Below are positions 1-10,438 of a DNA stretch of 64,000 nucleotides, in pieces. The translations under genes were made by a program, and so were the position numbers. How positions within the stretch are numbered: position 1 is the stretch's first letter; each line of letters begins with the position of its first letter. The notes beneath the pieces were generated by a model. The model saw only the letters and a list, made by a program, of their open reading frames with translations, searched no databases and had not been told where the DNA came from. The stretch is taken from NCBI GenBank assembly GCA_965238075.1, contig OZ250173.1, forward strand, positions 1,280,001 to 1,344,000, read 5' to 3'. The stretch is from Candidatus Entotheonellaceae bacterium. GTDB taxonomy: Bacteria; Tectomicrobia; Entotheonellia; Entotheonellales; Entotheonellaceae.

Positions 1-1144
1 ATTCGTGCGGGGTTACGGCATCATTGCCGTGGGCCAGGGCGATGCAGGCCACGGTTTCCTGCCCGCCCTGAAACTGCTCGGCGCCGGTGACCGCCAAGCC
101 CAGGTCGGTGCCGTTGCGCTGCCGCACGTTGCGCGCCATAACGGCAGCGACTTCGGGGCTGACGATTCCGTATCGGGCGACCAGCGCCTCGGGCACGTCC
201 AGCAGGCGCTCCAGCGCCGTCGGGTGATGCGCCATGACTGCGGCGACAAACCGATGATCCGGCGTCAGCGCGCTGCCCAATTCGTGGCCCACGCCGCCGC
301 TCATGCCGGACTCCGCCACCGCAATCGTGAGGTCGTGCTGCCGCAGCAGGTCGGCAACGGCTTGGTCGTACTCCACCGCATCGCGCCCGTACACGGCCTT
401 GCCCAAACGCTGCCGAACCGCGGCCTCCAGCGGGTCGAGCAGCGTGGCTGCGGCCGCCTCGTCGGCCGCCTTCGCCGTCAGGCGCACGTGAATCTCGCCG
501 AGTTGCATCTGCGCCAGCAGGCCGATCGTCGGGTTCGATCCCTCCTGAATCAGGTCATCCAACGTCTCGTCAATATAGCTCTCGGTCAGCCCGAGGCATT
601 TCAGGGTCCGCGACACCAGCACCGCCTGCACCTGAAACCGATCCTTCAGATGCGGCAGCACGGCGTTTTCCATCAGGTAGCGCAACTCTCCCGGCACGCC
701 GGGAAAACACACCACCGCGCCGCCGCGCGGCGTCGGCGCCACGAAGATGGGCGCGGTGCCCACCGGGTTCTCAATCGGCAGCGCGCCGGCCGGTACATGC
801 GCCTGTCGGGCGTTGTTCTCCGTGTACCGGCTTCCCATCATCGCCTTGATCTGCTCCAGCAGGTTGGGGTGCATTTCCAGCGGCACCCCGAGCACCTCGG
901 CCACCGACTCGCGCGTCATGTCGTCCAGCGTCGGGCCGATGCCGCCGGTCGTCAGCACCAGGTCGCTGCGGTTAACCGCCCGCTGCAGCGTCTCGACGAT
1001 GCGGCCCTTGTTGTCCCCCACGGTGCTCTTGTAATACAGGTCAATCCCCAGGCTCGACAACTGCTGCGCGATGTAGGCGGAGTTGGTATCGATGATCTGC
1101 CCGAGGAGCAATTCCGTGCCGATGACGATGATCTCGGCTTGCAT
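1..1144 (-). CDS. cinA: CinA-family protein (MoCF-like N-terminal domain + degenerate PncC-like C-terminal domain); 3' end runs off the window
   Basis: Not in ORF track. Manual translation from ATG 1144: MQAEIIVIGTELLLGQIIDTNSAYIA...TTGGIGPTLDDMTR...IENPVGTAP. Confidence 0.9.
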   Translation of the reverse strand, partial: MQAEIIVIGTELLLGQIIDTNSAYIAQQLSSLGIDLYYKSTVGDNKGRIVETLQRAVNRSDLVLTTGGIGPTLDDMTRESVAEVLGVPLEMHPNLLEQIKAMMGSRYTENNARQAHVPAGALPIENPVGTAPIFVAPTPRGGAVVCFPGVPGELRYLMENAVLPHLKDRFQVQAVLVSRTLKCLGLTESYIDETLDDLIQEGSNPTIGLLAQMQLGEIHVRLTAKAADEAAAATLLDPLEAAVRQRLGKAVYGRDAVEYDQAVADLLRQHDLTIAVAESGMSGGVGHELGSALTPDHRFVAAVMAHHPTALERLLDVPEALVARYGIVSPEVAAVMARNVRQRNGTDLGLAVTGAEQFQGGQETVACIALAHGNDAVTPHE

Positions 1145-1156
1145 GCCAGGGCTCTC

Positions 1157-1636
1157 CTACTCGCTGTCGAAGCGCCGAATGTCCAGGACGCGCAAGCGGC
1201 GGATGCCCGCCGGCAGGACGATATCGACGTCGTCGTCGAGTTCTTTGCCGACGAGCCCGCTGCCCAGGGGTGACAGGTAAGAAATGATGTTTCGTTCCGG
1301 TACCGCGTCCGCCTCGCCCAAAAGGGTGTACGTCACCTCCTCCCTGCTTTCCAGATCGAGGCAACACACCCGGGTGCCGATGGACACGCGCTCGCATGAG
1401 ATCTGCAAATCCTCGATGAAGCGGGGGGAGCGGAGTTGCACTTCGAGTTCGTGAATGCGCCGCTGAACCTGCTCCAACTGCTCGCGAGTGGCATGGTACT
1501 CGGCGTTTTCGCTGAGATCGCCCTCGGCGGCGGCGACATTCTTCGCCCGGCTCAGGTTCATCAGGTCCTCAGAACGCAATTTCTGCAGGTCCTCGGAGAG
1601 TCGTGCGTGAGCTGTACGGGTGAAAAAATAACTCAT
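1157..1636 (-). CDS. greA: Transcription elongation factor GreA
   Basis: EGDLSENAEYHA motif; C-terminal ISYLSPLGSGLVGK. Confidence 0.93.
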   Translation of the reverse strand: MSYFFTRTAHARLSEDLQKLRSEDLMNLSRAKNVAAAEGDLSENAEYHATREQLEQVQRRIHELEVQLRSPRFIEDLQISCERVSIGTRVCCLDLESREEVTYTLLGEADAVPERNIISYLSPLGSGLVGKELDDDVDIVLPAGIRRLRVLDIRRFDSE

Positions 1637-1848
1637 AAAACGTTACGTCTCCTCATGTTGGTTGGAATCCATACGAAAAACGCAAAGGCACGCACAATTT
1701 CGCACGATCACGGGGCCGTGTCAAAGCACCAATCGACGCCCTCGTACCGGGATTTGGGCCCATCCGGCATTGTGCCACCACCCATCGATCTGCTACAGTG
1801 CGCGCCAGTTTCAACAACAACCGAACAGGGCTTGTGGGTGGAATCCGA

Positions 1849-2604
1849 ATGGTCACGCGCTTTCTCCGCAGGCGCCAGGCTTCTGACTCCGCCAAGAGTC
1901 TGATGCGCGCCGCACTCATCGAGGCTTTGCAGTCGCCTGCCTGCGCGCTTTGCCAAATTGCCCAGCAAAACAATCCGCGATACGTGGAAACGCTGCTTGA
2001 CGAGGCGGTCATCGACGTTGAGCAGCGGGATGCCTGGCGAGCGGCCAAGGGCTTGTGCAGTTGGCACGCCTGGATGGCCACCAAGTCACCGCAAGGCGCC
2101 GGCAGCTTGGCTATCCTGTACCAGGACGTGCTGCGGCACGACCTGTCGCTGATCGATCCCGTCACCGCACCGGACGACAGACGACAGCGCAGCGCGCAGC
2201 GCCGGTTCCTGCGCCGTCTGCGAAACTGGCTGGAGTCGTGCCAGGCGGGGCCGACGTGTCCCGCATGCCGTACCTGGGGGGAGCAGGAAGACCTGTACGT
2301 CCAAGTGCTGCTGAACGACTGGCCCGAGCCCGCCCTGTCCCAGGCTTTCGCGGCATCGGTCGGTCTGTGTTGGCCGCACCTGCGGCGATTGGCGGCGTGG
2401 CAGCCTGGTCACGAAAACCTGCCGGCTATTCTCAAGGCGCAACGCGCCTGCCTCGAGCGCTTGCAGCGCGACCTGGAATCGTTCATACGGAAACTTGATT
2501 ACCGCTTCGCCGACGAGCCTTACGGCCGCGAGGCCGACGCTTGGCGGCGAGCGGTATCGCTTTACGCCGGCGCCGCCGGCTGGCTGGGTAGCGCACCACG
2601 GTAA
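1849..2604 (+). CDS. Cys/His-rich hypothetical protein, DUF6062-like
   Basis: Two repeats of CxxC...GLCxxH; C-terminal FIRKLDYRF; start uncertain. Confidence 0.7.
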   Translation: MVTRFLRRRQASDSAKSLMRAALIEALQSPACALCQIAQQNNPRYVETLLDEAVIDVEQRDAWRAAKGLCSWHAWMATKSPQGAGSLAILYQDVLRHDLSLIDPVTAPDDRRQRSAQRRFLRRLRNWLESCQAGPTCPACRTWGEQEDLYVQVLLNDWPEPALSQAFAASVGLCWPHLRRLAAWQPGHENLPAILKAQRACLERLQRDLESFIRKLDYRFADEPYGREADAWRRAVSLYAGAAGWLGSAPR

Positions 2605-2628
2605 CCTGACGCGAGGAGCCGTTTCAGT

Positions 2629-3453
2629 ATGCCTGAATTGCCCGAGGTGGAGACCATCCGGCGGGGTCTCAGCCAGCAACTCGTGGGACGCACCATCAGC
2701 GCCGTCCGGGTACGGCAGGCGAAGCTTCGTCACGTCGTGGACGCCCGGGCACTGCACGAACACGCCGTGGGCCGCACGATCAGCCGGGTGGAGCGCCGCG
2801 CCAAGTACCTGCTAATCCACTTGCAGCCCGGCCGGGTCTTGCTGTTCCATCTCGGCATGAGCGGACGCCTCCGGGTGGGCGCCCCCACCAGCGAGGACGC
2901 CAAGCACGATCACCTGATCTTCCAGATGGGCGCGGACCTGGAAATGCGCTTCCACGACCCGCGGCGTTTTGGCATGTGCCTGCCCACTACGGTCGCCGAC
3001 CTGCCGAATCACCCACGTCTGCGCGGCCTCGGCGAGGAGCCCTTGTCGGAAGCGTTCACCTGCGATTACCTGCGGGCGCAGGCGAAACGGTCGCGCAAGC
3101 CCGTCAAGAATTTCCTGATGGACGCCGCGGTGGTCGTCGGCATTGGCAACATCTACGCCAGCGAGAGTCTGTATCTGGCCAAGTTGCGCCCGACCCGACC
3201 CGTGGACTGTTTGCGCCCGGTGCACTGGACGCGTCTACACGGCTCGGTGCGGCAGGTGCTGCAAGCCGCTATCGACAAGCACGGCACCTCGCTGTCGGAC
3301 TACGTTGACAGCAACGGCGAGCGGGGTGAGTTCCAGAACGAACTGTTCGTGTATGGCCGCGAGGGCGAGCCGTGCGCCCGCGACGGTCACCGGATCAAGC
3401 GCATTGTGCAGGCGGGGCGGAGCAGCTTCTACTGTCCCTGGTGTCAACGCTGA
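2629..3453 (+). CDS. mutM: Formamidopyrimidine-DNA glycosylase (Fpg)
   Basis: MPELPEVE N-terminus, HLGMSG, GIGNIYASE, C-terminal zinc finger. Confidence 0.97.
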   Translation: MPELPEVETIRRGLSQQLVGRTISAVRVRQAKLRHVVDARALHEHAVGRTISRVERRAKYLLIHLQPGRVLLFHLGMSGRLRVGAPTSEDAKHDHLIFQMGADLEMRFHDPRRFGMCLPTTVADLPNHPRLRGLGEEPLSEAFTCDYLRAQAKRSRKPVKNFLMDAAVVVGIGNIYASESLYLAKLRPTRPVDCLRPVHWTRLHGSVRQVLQAAIDKHGTSLSDYVDSNGERGEFQNELFVYGREGEPCARDGHRIKRIVQAGRSSFYCPWCQR

Positions 3454-3495
3454 GTTGCTTTTCTATCCACGATAGGTGCGGGAGGTGCGGGGAAA

Positions 3496-4311
3496 TTGAG
3501 CGTGTCATCGCTAATCGAGTTTCGCAAAATTGCCGAGGAAGCCGCGCAGGTCGGTGGCCGCGTCCTGATGCAGCATCGCTATCAGCCGCTCGAAATCGAG
3601 CACAAGGAGCGTCAGGAAGTCGTCACCAACGTTGACCGCAAGGCCGATGAGGCCATTTGCGGCGTCATCAAACACTATTTCCCGAACGACTCCATCATCA
3701 GCGAGGAATCCGGCGTCAGCCGCGCCATCTCGCCCTACACGTGGATCATCGACCCCCTCGACGGCACCGAGTCCTACATCCGCGGCCAGAATTTCTCCGG
3801 CGTCACGGTGGCCTTGGTTAAAGGCGGCGAGACGCTCGTAGGCGTCGTCTTTCACCCCTTCCAAGACGAGCTTTACGCCGCCGTGCGCGACAGCGAAACG
3901 ACGGTCAACGGGCACACGGCGCAGGTAAGCGATATCGCCGACGTCGCGCAGGCGCGCCTAATACTCGATTATTCGCCGCGCGATGCCCTGCGGCAGCATC
4001 TCTTTGCGGTGGAGTGGGCGCACGGCATGAAGCAGATGTTTCGCATCGGCGGCTCGGTGGCGCTGAACATGTGCCTGGTAGCCAAGGGGGCGGCGGAAGG
4101 TTACGTCTACGGGCGCCGGCGCAATCGCGTCAAGACCTGGGACGTGGCCGCAGCGACGCTTCTGGTACAGCGCGCCGGCGGCTGCGTACTGGATCGCCTC
4201 GGGCGCCCGCTGGATGCCACCGAACCGCAGGGCTACCTGCTGTGCCACAACCGGCAGCTCGACGTGCCCGGCCTGTTCGGCGGCCATGAACCCTCGGGAC
4301 AGACCGCCTAA
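3496..4311 (+). CDS. Inositol monophosphatase family protein
   Basis: SEE, WIIDPLDGT, WDVAAA motifs. Confidence 0.9.
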   Translation: MSVSSLIEFRKIAEEAAQVGGRVLMQHRYQPLEIEHKERQEVVTNVDRKADEAICGVIKHYFPNDSIISEESGVSRAISPYTWIIDPLDGTESYIRGQNFSGVTVALVKGGETLVGVVFHPFQDELYAAVRDSETTVNGHTAQVSDIADVAQARLILDYSPRDALRQHLFAVEWAHGMKQMFRIGGSVALNMCLVAKGAAEGYVYGRRRNRVKTWDVAAATLLVQRAGGCVLDRLGRPLDATEPQGYLLCHNRQLDVPGLFGGHEPSGQTA

Positions 4312-4961
4312 GGGTCGCTCCGGCGCTGCTTCTGCAGGTATTCGAGGCTCTTGTGATACCACTCTTCGGGAATCCTGTGGCTCTCGCCCAGGTAGTGCAA
4401 GACGGATTCCAGCGTCAGGATCGAAACCAGGTTGACTCCAAGGTGTTTCAAGCGCGCCTGGCCGCCCTCCTGGCGGTCAAGCAGAACCAGCGCATCACGC
4501 ACCAACAGGCCCTCCTGCTGTAGGATCGAGGTGGTATGCGCGATGCTTCGACCGCCTGTCACCAAGTCGTCAATGATGAGTACGCGCTGCCCCACCTCGT
4601 AGATGCCTTCGATGATGCCGGCTTGGCCGTTGTGGGTGGGCTTGACGTAGATCAGCGGCGTTCCGGAGATCAGCGAGAACGCCGTGGCCAGGTGAAGGCC
4701 GCCAAAGGGGATACCGGCAACGAGATCGTAGGACGCCAAGTGCGGATGCCGCATGACCTGGAGGGTTTGCACTTCTTCCAGCATGACCTCGGCGGCGCGC
4801 CGCAGCGCTTCGGGATTGCTGATCAGCCGACGCAGGTTGACGTATACCGGCGAGTTCACGACGGTTTCCCCGAGAGAAAAGTCGCCAAACTGCACGCCGC
4901 CGAGATTCCAGAGTTCCTCGGCCAGCCACAAGTTGGCTACCCGCTCGTCTCCTGAGGCCAT
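4308..4961 (-). CDS. pyrE: Orotate phosphoribosyltransferase-like
   Basis: FGDFSL...SPVYVNLR; PRPP motif VLIIDDLVTGGRS. Confidence 0.8.
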   Translation of the reverse strand: MASGDERVANLWLAEELWNLGGVQFGDFSLGETVVNSPVYVNLRRLISNPEALRRAAEVMLEEVQTLQVMRHPHLASYDLVAGIPFGGLHLATAFSLISGTPLIYVKPTHNGQAGIIEGIYEVGQRVLIIDDLVTGGRSIAHTTSILQQEGLLVRDALVLLDRQEGGQARLKHLGVNLVSILTLESVLHYLGESHRIPEEWYHKSLEYLQKQRRSDP

Positions 4962-5038
4962 CTAACACGATCCTTTCATTGTGAGGCAATGTTCGGGTAT
5001 GAAGAGGTCACTCTTATCACAGGAAGACCATCCATTCA

Positions 5039-6088
5039 ATGGAGGGCACAAGCATGAACTGGCGTGAGCTTCCCATCCCGGAACATTTCGATCCCGACAC
5101 GGTGGGCCAGGTCTGGCGCGTGCCGTACGGAGACCGCGCCGGGCAGGCGTCGGCCTGGGCCAGGCAGCACGGCATCGCGCCTGCGGCTGCCGACGGCAAA
5201 CGGGTCTGCCTGCTGGCCATCGACGTGCAAAACACCTTCTGCCTGCCGGATTTCGAGTTGTTCGTCGGCGGGCGTTCGGGACGCGGCGCTGTCGATGACA
5301 ATGCTCGCTTGTGCGCCTTCATCTACCGCAACCTTGCCTCGATCACCGAAATCCATCCCACCCTCGACACCCATACGGCTATGCAGATCTTCCACCCGGT
5401 GTTCCTGGTCAATGCGGACGGCGAACATCCGCAACCGCTGACGCCGGTGTCGCTCGATGACGTCGAAAACGGTGTCTGGAAGGTGAATCCGGCGGTCGCC
5501 GACAGCGTATCGGGCGGCGACGTCGATGCCTTGCAGCGACACTTGCTGCACTACTGCCGCAAGCTGAGCAATTCGGGCAAGTACCTGTTGATGATCTGGC
5601 CCTACCACTCGATTCTGGGCGGCATCGGCCACTGCCTGGTCTCGGCGGTGGAGGAGGCCCTGTTCTTCCACAACCTCGCACGCCACAGCCAAACGGGCTT
5701 CGAGATCAAGGGCGGCAACCCGCTCACCGAGAACTACTCCGTGCTGCGGCCCGAGGTTCTGGACAACCCGGACGGGCAGGCCATTGCCCAAAAGAACGGC
5801 CGTTTGGTCAACAAGCTGCTGGAATTCGACGCGCTGATCATCGCCGGGCAGGCCAAGAGCCATTGTGTGGCGTGGACCGTCGCCGATCTGCTCGACGACA
5901 TCGAGGCGCTGGACCCGGCGTTGGCTCGGAAGGTCTATCTGCTGGAGGATTGCACCTCGCCGGTGGTGGTGCCGGGTGTGATCGACTTCACCGATGACGC
6001 CGACGCGGCGTACCAACGCTTTGCAGATGCCGGCATGCACCGGGTGCAGTCCACCACCGCGATGGCCGACTGGCCCGATCTGCCGTAG
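5039..6088 (+). CDS. Isochorismatase/nicotinamidase-like cysteine hydrolase
   Basis: IDVQNTFC, DTH, AGQAKSHCV motifs. Confidence 0.85.
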   Translation: MEGTSMNWRELPIPEHFDPDTVGQVWRVPYGDRAGQASAWARQHGIAPAAADGKRVCLLAIDVQNTFCLPDFELFVGGRSGRGAVDDNARLCAFIYRNLASITEIHPTLDTHTAMQIFHPVFLVNADGEHPQPLTPVSLDDVENGVWKVNPAVADSVSGGDVDALQRHLLHYCRKLSNSGKYLLMIWPYHSILGGIGHCLVSAVEEALFFHNLARHSQTGFEIKGGNPLTENYSVLRPEVLDNPDGQAIAQKNGRLVNKLLEFDALIIAGQAKSHCVAWTVADLLDDIEALDPALARKVYLLEDCTSPVVVPGVIDFTDDADAAYQRFADAGMHRVQSTTAMADWPDLP

Positions 6089-6102
6089 TAGCCGCCGGTC
6101 AC

Positions 6103-6265
6103 CTAAAACATTTCTGTACCGAATTGAATCATGTGCGGACCGGCGGCTTCAAGTGGGTCGGGTTGGCCGTAGACGTAACCCGACAGCAGTAGCCTGCGGG
6201 GCGCAGTGGAATGTCGGATTACGCTGTGCTCATCCGACCTACAGCTCGATGCGGAAATGCTCTAG
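6103..6265. repeat. ~160-bp MITE-like element containing two GTAG-type REP hairpins
   Basis: Ends CTAAAACATTT / AAATGCTCTAG; diverged reverse-complement copy at 57211-57373, partial copy at 59334-59452. Confidence 0.8.
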
Positions 6266-7650
6266 CCCTGCCGCGCGCCGTCGCCCACCCGGGAGTTGCG
6301 CATCACCCGGTCGGAGAAGGTGCAAAAATCCGCGAAGGCCCCCCGCAGATAGGCCAGGCGCTCGGCCTCGGCCACCCCCTCGTGCAGCGGATCGACCCCT
6401 GCATCCATGGCCTGAAACGCCGGCTCCGGCTCGTCCTGCCGCGTGATGGGGGCGCTGTACCAGCGGTCGCTCCGGTACAGGTATCGCTGCCCCCCCGCCA
6501 CGAAGGCAAATTGGTTGTAGCGAAACCGCGCGTGCGTGCGGCCACGGTTGTTGTACCAATAGGACTGCATGACCGGCACTGAACGCCACGGCTCGTCCGG
6601 CAGCGACACCAGCGCCCGGTCGCGGTCGCCGGCGGCGCGCAGTACGGAGCCGAAGATATCCCGCGCCGATACGGGCTGATGCTCGATGCGCGGCGCCCCG
6701 CCGTTGGGCGACAGCCAGAACAACGGCACGCGATTCCCGGCGTCGTTGACGTTCGAGAAGTGGTACTGCCAGCCCTGCTCGCCGAAGTTGTCGCCGTGGT
6801 CCGAAGCGAAGACCACCAGGCTCTCGTTCTGTTCCCGCATCTCCTGAATGAACGCGTCCAGGCCCGGCGCCATGCGCTCCCACGACCGCCGCTGCCGCCG
6901 TCGCAACAGTGCCAGCATGTCCGGCCGAATGTAATCCTTCTTACCCAGCAATCGCGTTTGATTCACCAAGTGATACAGGCTGTATAGTTCCCGCGCCTTG
7001 TTCCAATACCCCGCCGCCGAGGTGCTGAATATATCGCCGATGTGATACGGGAAGTGCGGCTCCATCAGGTTGAGGAACAGAAAGGTGCGCGCCCCACGGC
7101 TCTCGTTGGCCCGCAGGATTGCCCGCGCCCGCTCGAAAACCGCCTGCATGGTCGATTGCAGCCACACCTCAGCGGCTTGCAGGTCCTCGCTGAGGCGGCC
7201 CAGCAACAAGTCCTTGGAGAGCAGCTTGCGGCGCAGGCGCGGCTTGCCGATCAGCGCCAGCAGGCCGAACAAGTTCTTGTGACGCGCCGGCACCATGTGC
7301 CAGATGCGGTCAACGGTCTCGAAGCCGCGACTGAGGCCGAAAATATCGGTGGTCACCACGTTGGCCGTTACCATGTGGGTACGGTATCCGAGGGTGCGCA
7401 GGCGTTCGGGCAGGCGGGGCACGTGCTGGTGAATGTCGCGCGTTTGTCCGGTGGCGCCGTGCTCGTGGGGCATCAGGCCGGTGAACATCGAAGCCGTGGC
7501 GGGCAACGTCCAGCAGCCGCCCGAGCGCGCTTGGTCAAACCGTATGGCCCGGGCCGCCGTGTACGGCAGACGATGGTCGTCCCCGGCGTGCACGGAGTCC
7601 CAGCGCAGGCTGTCGGCTACCAGCAGCACGATGTTCTTCGGGGTGTCCAT
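6262..7650 (-). CDS. Sulfatase-like hydrolase/transferase (alkaline phosphatase superfamily)
   Basis: NIVLLVADSLR, WTLPATASMFTG, EPHFPY, SDHGD. Confidence 0.88.
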   Translation of the reverse strand: MDTPKNIVLLVADSLRWDSVHAGDDHRLPYTAARAIRFDQARSGGCWTLPATASMFTGLMPHEHGATGQTRDIHQHVPRLPERLRTLGYRTHMVTANVVTTDIFGLSRGFETVDRIWHMVPARHKNLFGLLALIGKPRLRRKLLSKDLLLGRLSEDLQAAEVWLQSTMQAVFERARAILRANESRGARTFLFLNLMEPHFPYHIGDIFSTSAAGYWNKARELYSLYHLVNQTRLLGKKDYIRPDMLALLRRRQRRSWERMAPGLDAFIQEMREQNESLVVFASDHGDNFGEQGWQYHFSNVNDAGNRVPLFWLSPNGGAPRIEHQPVSARDIFGSVLRAAGDRDRALVSLPDEPWRSVPVMQSYWYNNRGRTHARFRYNQFAFVAGGQRYLYRSDRWYSAPITRQDEPEPAFQAMDAGVDPLHEGVAEAERLAYLRGAFADFCTFSDRVMRNSRVGDGARQG

Positions 7651-7665
7651 GCGCCCTCTTCTCAG

Positions 7666-10026
7666 TTACACGGGAATTGAGGCGTCCGTTCGGGATTCGG
7701 CGGCCTGCCAGTTCGTTTGCAGTTCCCTGCCGTGCGGCGTGAATCCAAACAGGTCGTCGGGGGAAAAAACGGGCGCAAAGTCGTCGGCACGGAAGAACAC
7801 GGCAAACTTGCGCGCACACTCGTCGAGGCGGCGCAGATAATAATCCGTGTTCTCGTCGGGTTGCGCCGGGTCCCAGGCCGACGCCAGACGCGCGTTGTCG
7901 AAGGCCGTGACGTGGGCGCCGCTGCCGGTCACGTAGTAGGCGATCTGCTCGCCCTTGCGCACCGCCTGCCCGGTCTCGCGGGCGCGGGCAATGGCCAGTT
8001 CGTATGCCGCCGCCCGCGAACGCCGCTTGGCCGCCACGTCGGCCAGGTATTGCGCCTCACTTTCCTTCAGCGTTTCGGTGCGGGCGAAATCCTCCACGCC
8101 CCACTCGTGCCGCAAGAGCCGCGCCCGCGTTGCCACGTACAGATCGTGCAGCCCCTGCACGTCTTCAGCCAGCAGCAGGCCGATGGCACCCAGAACGAAG
8201 CGCCGGCCAAAGGGCTCCATGGCCCGCGACACCAGGGACGAGCCCTTGCACCGCACCCGGTCGTCATACGTGAGCAAGGCGTAGTTCTTGACCTTGTACG
8301 AGAGCATGCGGCGGAAACGTCCGTCATAGCCCAGGCGGATACCGGGCGGTATCTGCTGATTGATGGCATCGACAAAGGCCCGTTCGGCCTCTTCACCCTC
8401 GACGTTGGCCGGCGGCACGAACAGAACGCCGTCGGTGTCCACCTCGACCACCCTGCCGCCGCCCGCGCGGATGGCGTCCATGACTTGCCGGATGATCTCC
8501 TGCCCGATACGGGCAACACGGTCCGCGGCAGCGAAATCGTTGAACAGCGCGACGCTGAAGCCGAGTTGCCCGTAAAAACTGTTGATCAATATCTTATAGG
8601 AACTCTGTTGCGCGTCCAGGCCGCTGGCGTCCGCGCGCCGGGTGGCCGCCTGCATGCGCCGCTTGGCGTCCAGGCGCAGGTCGGTGAGGCGCTGCAGCAG
8701 AACCTGGAAGAGTCCCAGGTCGTCCGTTTCGGGATGTACGTCGTAGTTCAGCATGATCGACGGGTACAGGCTTTCCACGTCGGCGTATATGATGGGGCCG
8801 ACGACACCGGTAGCGAAGATGTTTACGTAACCGCCGCGCATGTGGCTGCCCACGCCACTGCCGCTCGGCAGGGATTGCTTCTGCCGCAGATAGGCGCGCA
8901 CCATGAGTGCCTCGATCTTGGCGGCGGGGCCGGTGCGGGCGACCTGTCCGTAGGGCATCGGCACCATCCGGGTGAGGTAGTACGCCGAGCCGGAGAGCAG
9001 GCGGGCCAGCCGTTCGGTTTCCACTACGTCATGGCGGGCGTATTCGATGAGCCGTCCCGGTTCGCGGTGCCAAGTCTGCGCAATCTCCTCCCCCTTCACG
9101 TAGGTCCGGTCGTCCGCCTGCAGGCCGAAATAGCGCGCCGCGGCTTTCAGGCCGTAGCCCGGCAGGTCGCGCTTGAACACATCGAAGGCCATCACCTGCA
9201 GATACGTGTCGATGACGTGCCGCCCGGCGATGTCCACCGCGGGCAGGTCCACCGAGCGCTCGGCAAACCGCATGGCGGCGCCGAACGTGCGCGGCGTCGA
9301 GCCGTCGCGGCCCACGGTGAAGGCAACGCCGTGCCGGGCGCATCGGGCCGTGATGTAGGCCAGGTCGAAGGCGTAGATGTTGTGCCCTTCGATGATGTCC
9401 GGGTCGCGCTCACGAATCGTCCGCACCAACCGTTCCAGCATCGCCTTCTCCGACAGCTCGCGCGCGTCGATGATCTCGTACCAGCCGCGGTTGTCGCTCA
9501 GCGCAATGATAACGATGCGGTCCTCGGGCCGTTGGGCGTGCGGGAACGTCCCCGGCTTCGACACCACTTCGATGTCGAGCTGCATGCGATGCAGGTCGTC
9601 GAACGCCATGTCCTTGAACAGGGTTCTGCCGCTTTGCATGAGGTACTGCTGCGTCGGGTTGGCGATGCGGTAGATGCGGGCATCCTCCTGCGCTTGCAGG
9701 TGGCGCACGGCGTCGTGGTAGGCCGACCAGGTATCGAACACGACGAGGTATCGGTAGGCATGCCGGCCCTGCAGCGTCTGGCAACGGAAACGCTGGCGGG
9801 GAAAGCCGCGCAACGCTTGCAGGTCGGTGAGAAACAGGAAGGGGTAGTAAGGGACGTCCTCCACGGTTAGTGCGCCGTCCGACCCGCTGCGCTGATACAC
9901 CCGCATCAGGGCTTGATCGCTGCCATTCCCTTGCCGCAACGGATGCAAAGCCACCAGTCGCGGCGTCGGATCGTGCCCGAACAGCACCGCATCAGAGATT
10001 GTCGAATTCTGTCGGGACAGGGTCAT
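7666..10026 (-). CDS. polB: Family-B DNA polymerase with 3'-5' exonuclease domain
   Basis: Exo motifs LDIEV, GHNIYAFDL, YARHD; pol motifs DVESLYPS, KILINSFYG, VDTDG; start at 10026 or 10056. Confidence 0.92.
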   Translation of the reverse strand: MTLSRQNSTISDAVLFGHDPTPRLVALHPLRQGNGSDQALMRVYQRSGSDGALTVEDVPYYPFLFLTDLQALRGFPRQRFRCQTLQGRHAYRYLVVFDTWSAYHDAVRHLQAQEDARIYRIANPTQQYLMQSGRTLFKDMAFDDLHRMQLDIEVVSKPGTFPHAQRPEDRIVIIALSDNRGWYEIIDARELSEKAMLERLVRTIRERDPDIIEGHNIYAFDLAYITARCARHGVAFTVGRDGSTPRTFGAAMRFAERSVDLPAVDIAGRHVIDTYLQVMAFDVFKRDLPGYGLKAAARYFGLQADDRTYVKGEEIAQTWHREPGRLIEYARHDVVETERLARLLSGSAYYLTRMVPMPYGQVARTGPAAKIEALMVRAYLRQKQSLPSGSGVGSHMRGGYVNIFATGVVGPIIYADVESLYPSIMLNYDVHPETDDLGLFQVLLQRLTDLRLDAKRRMQAATRRADASGLDAQQSSYKILINSFYGQLGFSVALFNDFAAADRVARIGQEIIRQVMDAIRAGGGRVVEVDTDGVLFVPPANVEGEEAERAFVDAINQQIPPGIRLGYDGRFRRMLSYKVKNYALLTYDDRVRCKGSSLVSRAMEPFGRRFVLGAIGLLLAEDVQGLHDLYVATRARLLRHEWGVEDFARTETLKESEAQYLADVAAKRRSRAAAYELAIARARETGQAVRKGEQIAYYVTGSGAHVTAFDNARLASAWDPAQPDENTDYYLRRLDECARKFAVFFRADDFAPVFSPDDLFGFTPHGRELQTNWQAAESRTDASIPV

Positions 10027-10152
10027 GGGCTTTTCCGGTGTGGGTGGATGCCTCATCAGACTAAACCGACTCTTCAGGCGCCGACGAGCGCGTCCTTCAA
10101 GCGTCGACAGGGTTTAATCATATTGCCGAATTTCTTCTCGGCCAAGCGTAGT

Positions 10153-10240
10153 TCAAGGTAACGTGACGGTACCAGGGCCGGCTCTGGGCCAACTGCGAGC
10201 CTCATACTCACCCAACCCTGCATGGCATTTCCAGCGTAAC
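10153..10240 (-). pseudogene. IS701-family transposase C-terminal remnant
   Basis: GLGEYEARSW then WYRHVTL in a shifted frame; parallels GLDEYEVRSWTGWYRHVTL of the transposase at 55620-56879. Confidence 0.7.
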
Positions 10241-10438
10241 ACGATGCTTCGTGCTCGTCTTATGTTCCTATAGCCGGAGCCCCCAAATCTCCCGGATCTC
10301 TGCAAGTTGCTCAAGTACTTTGCGAGACTGTTCATGCGCCGACACTGCTCTGTCGGTCGCCTTGACATCAACCTGGGGCTTCTGTACAACCGGACGCCAT
10401 TCAGCCGGGGCATTCCTATTCTTTTGCGGGGGACACAC

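Noticed and set aside
5-1273. Long plus-strand ORF (also 7717-9870, 16598-18277, 30140-31516, 44589-46388, 49047-50861, 60758-62143)
   Set aside because: Antisense shadows of real genes in high-GC DNA, with no motifs
7666-10056. PolB as marker of a prophage, casposon or pipolin
   Set aside because: No cas1, integrase, terminal repeats or phage genes nearby; host-like codon usage
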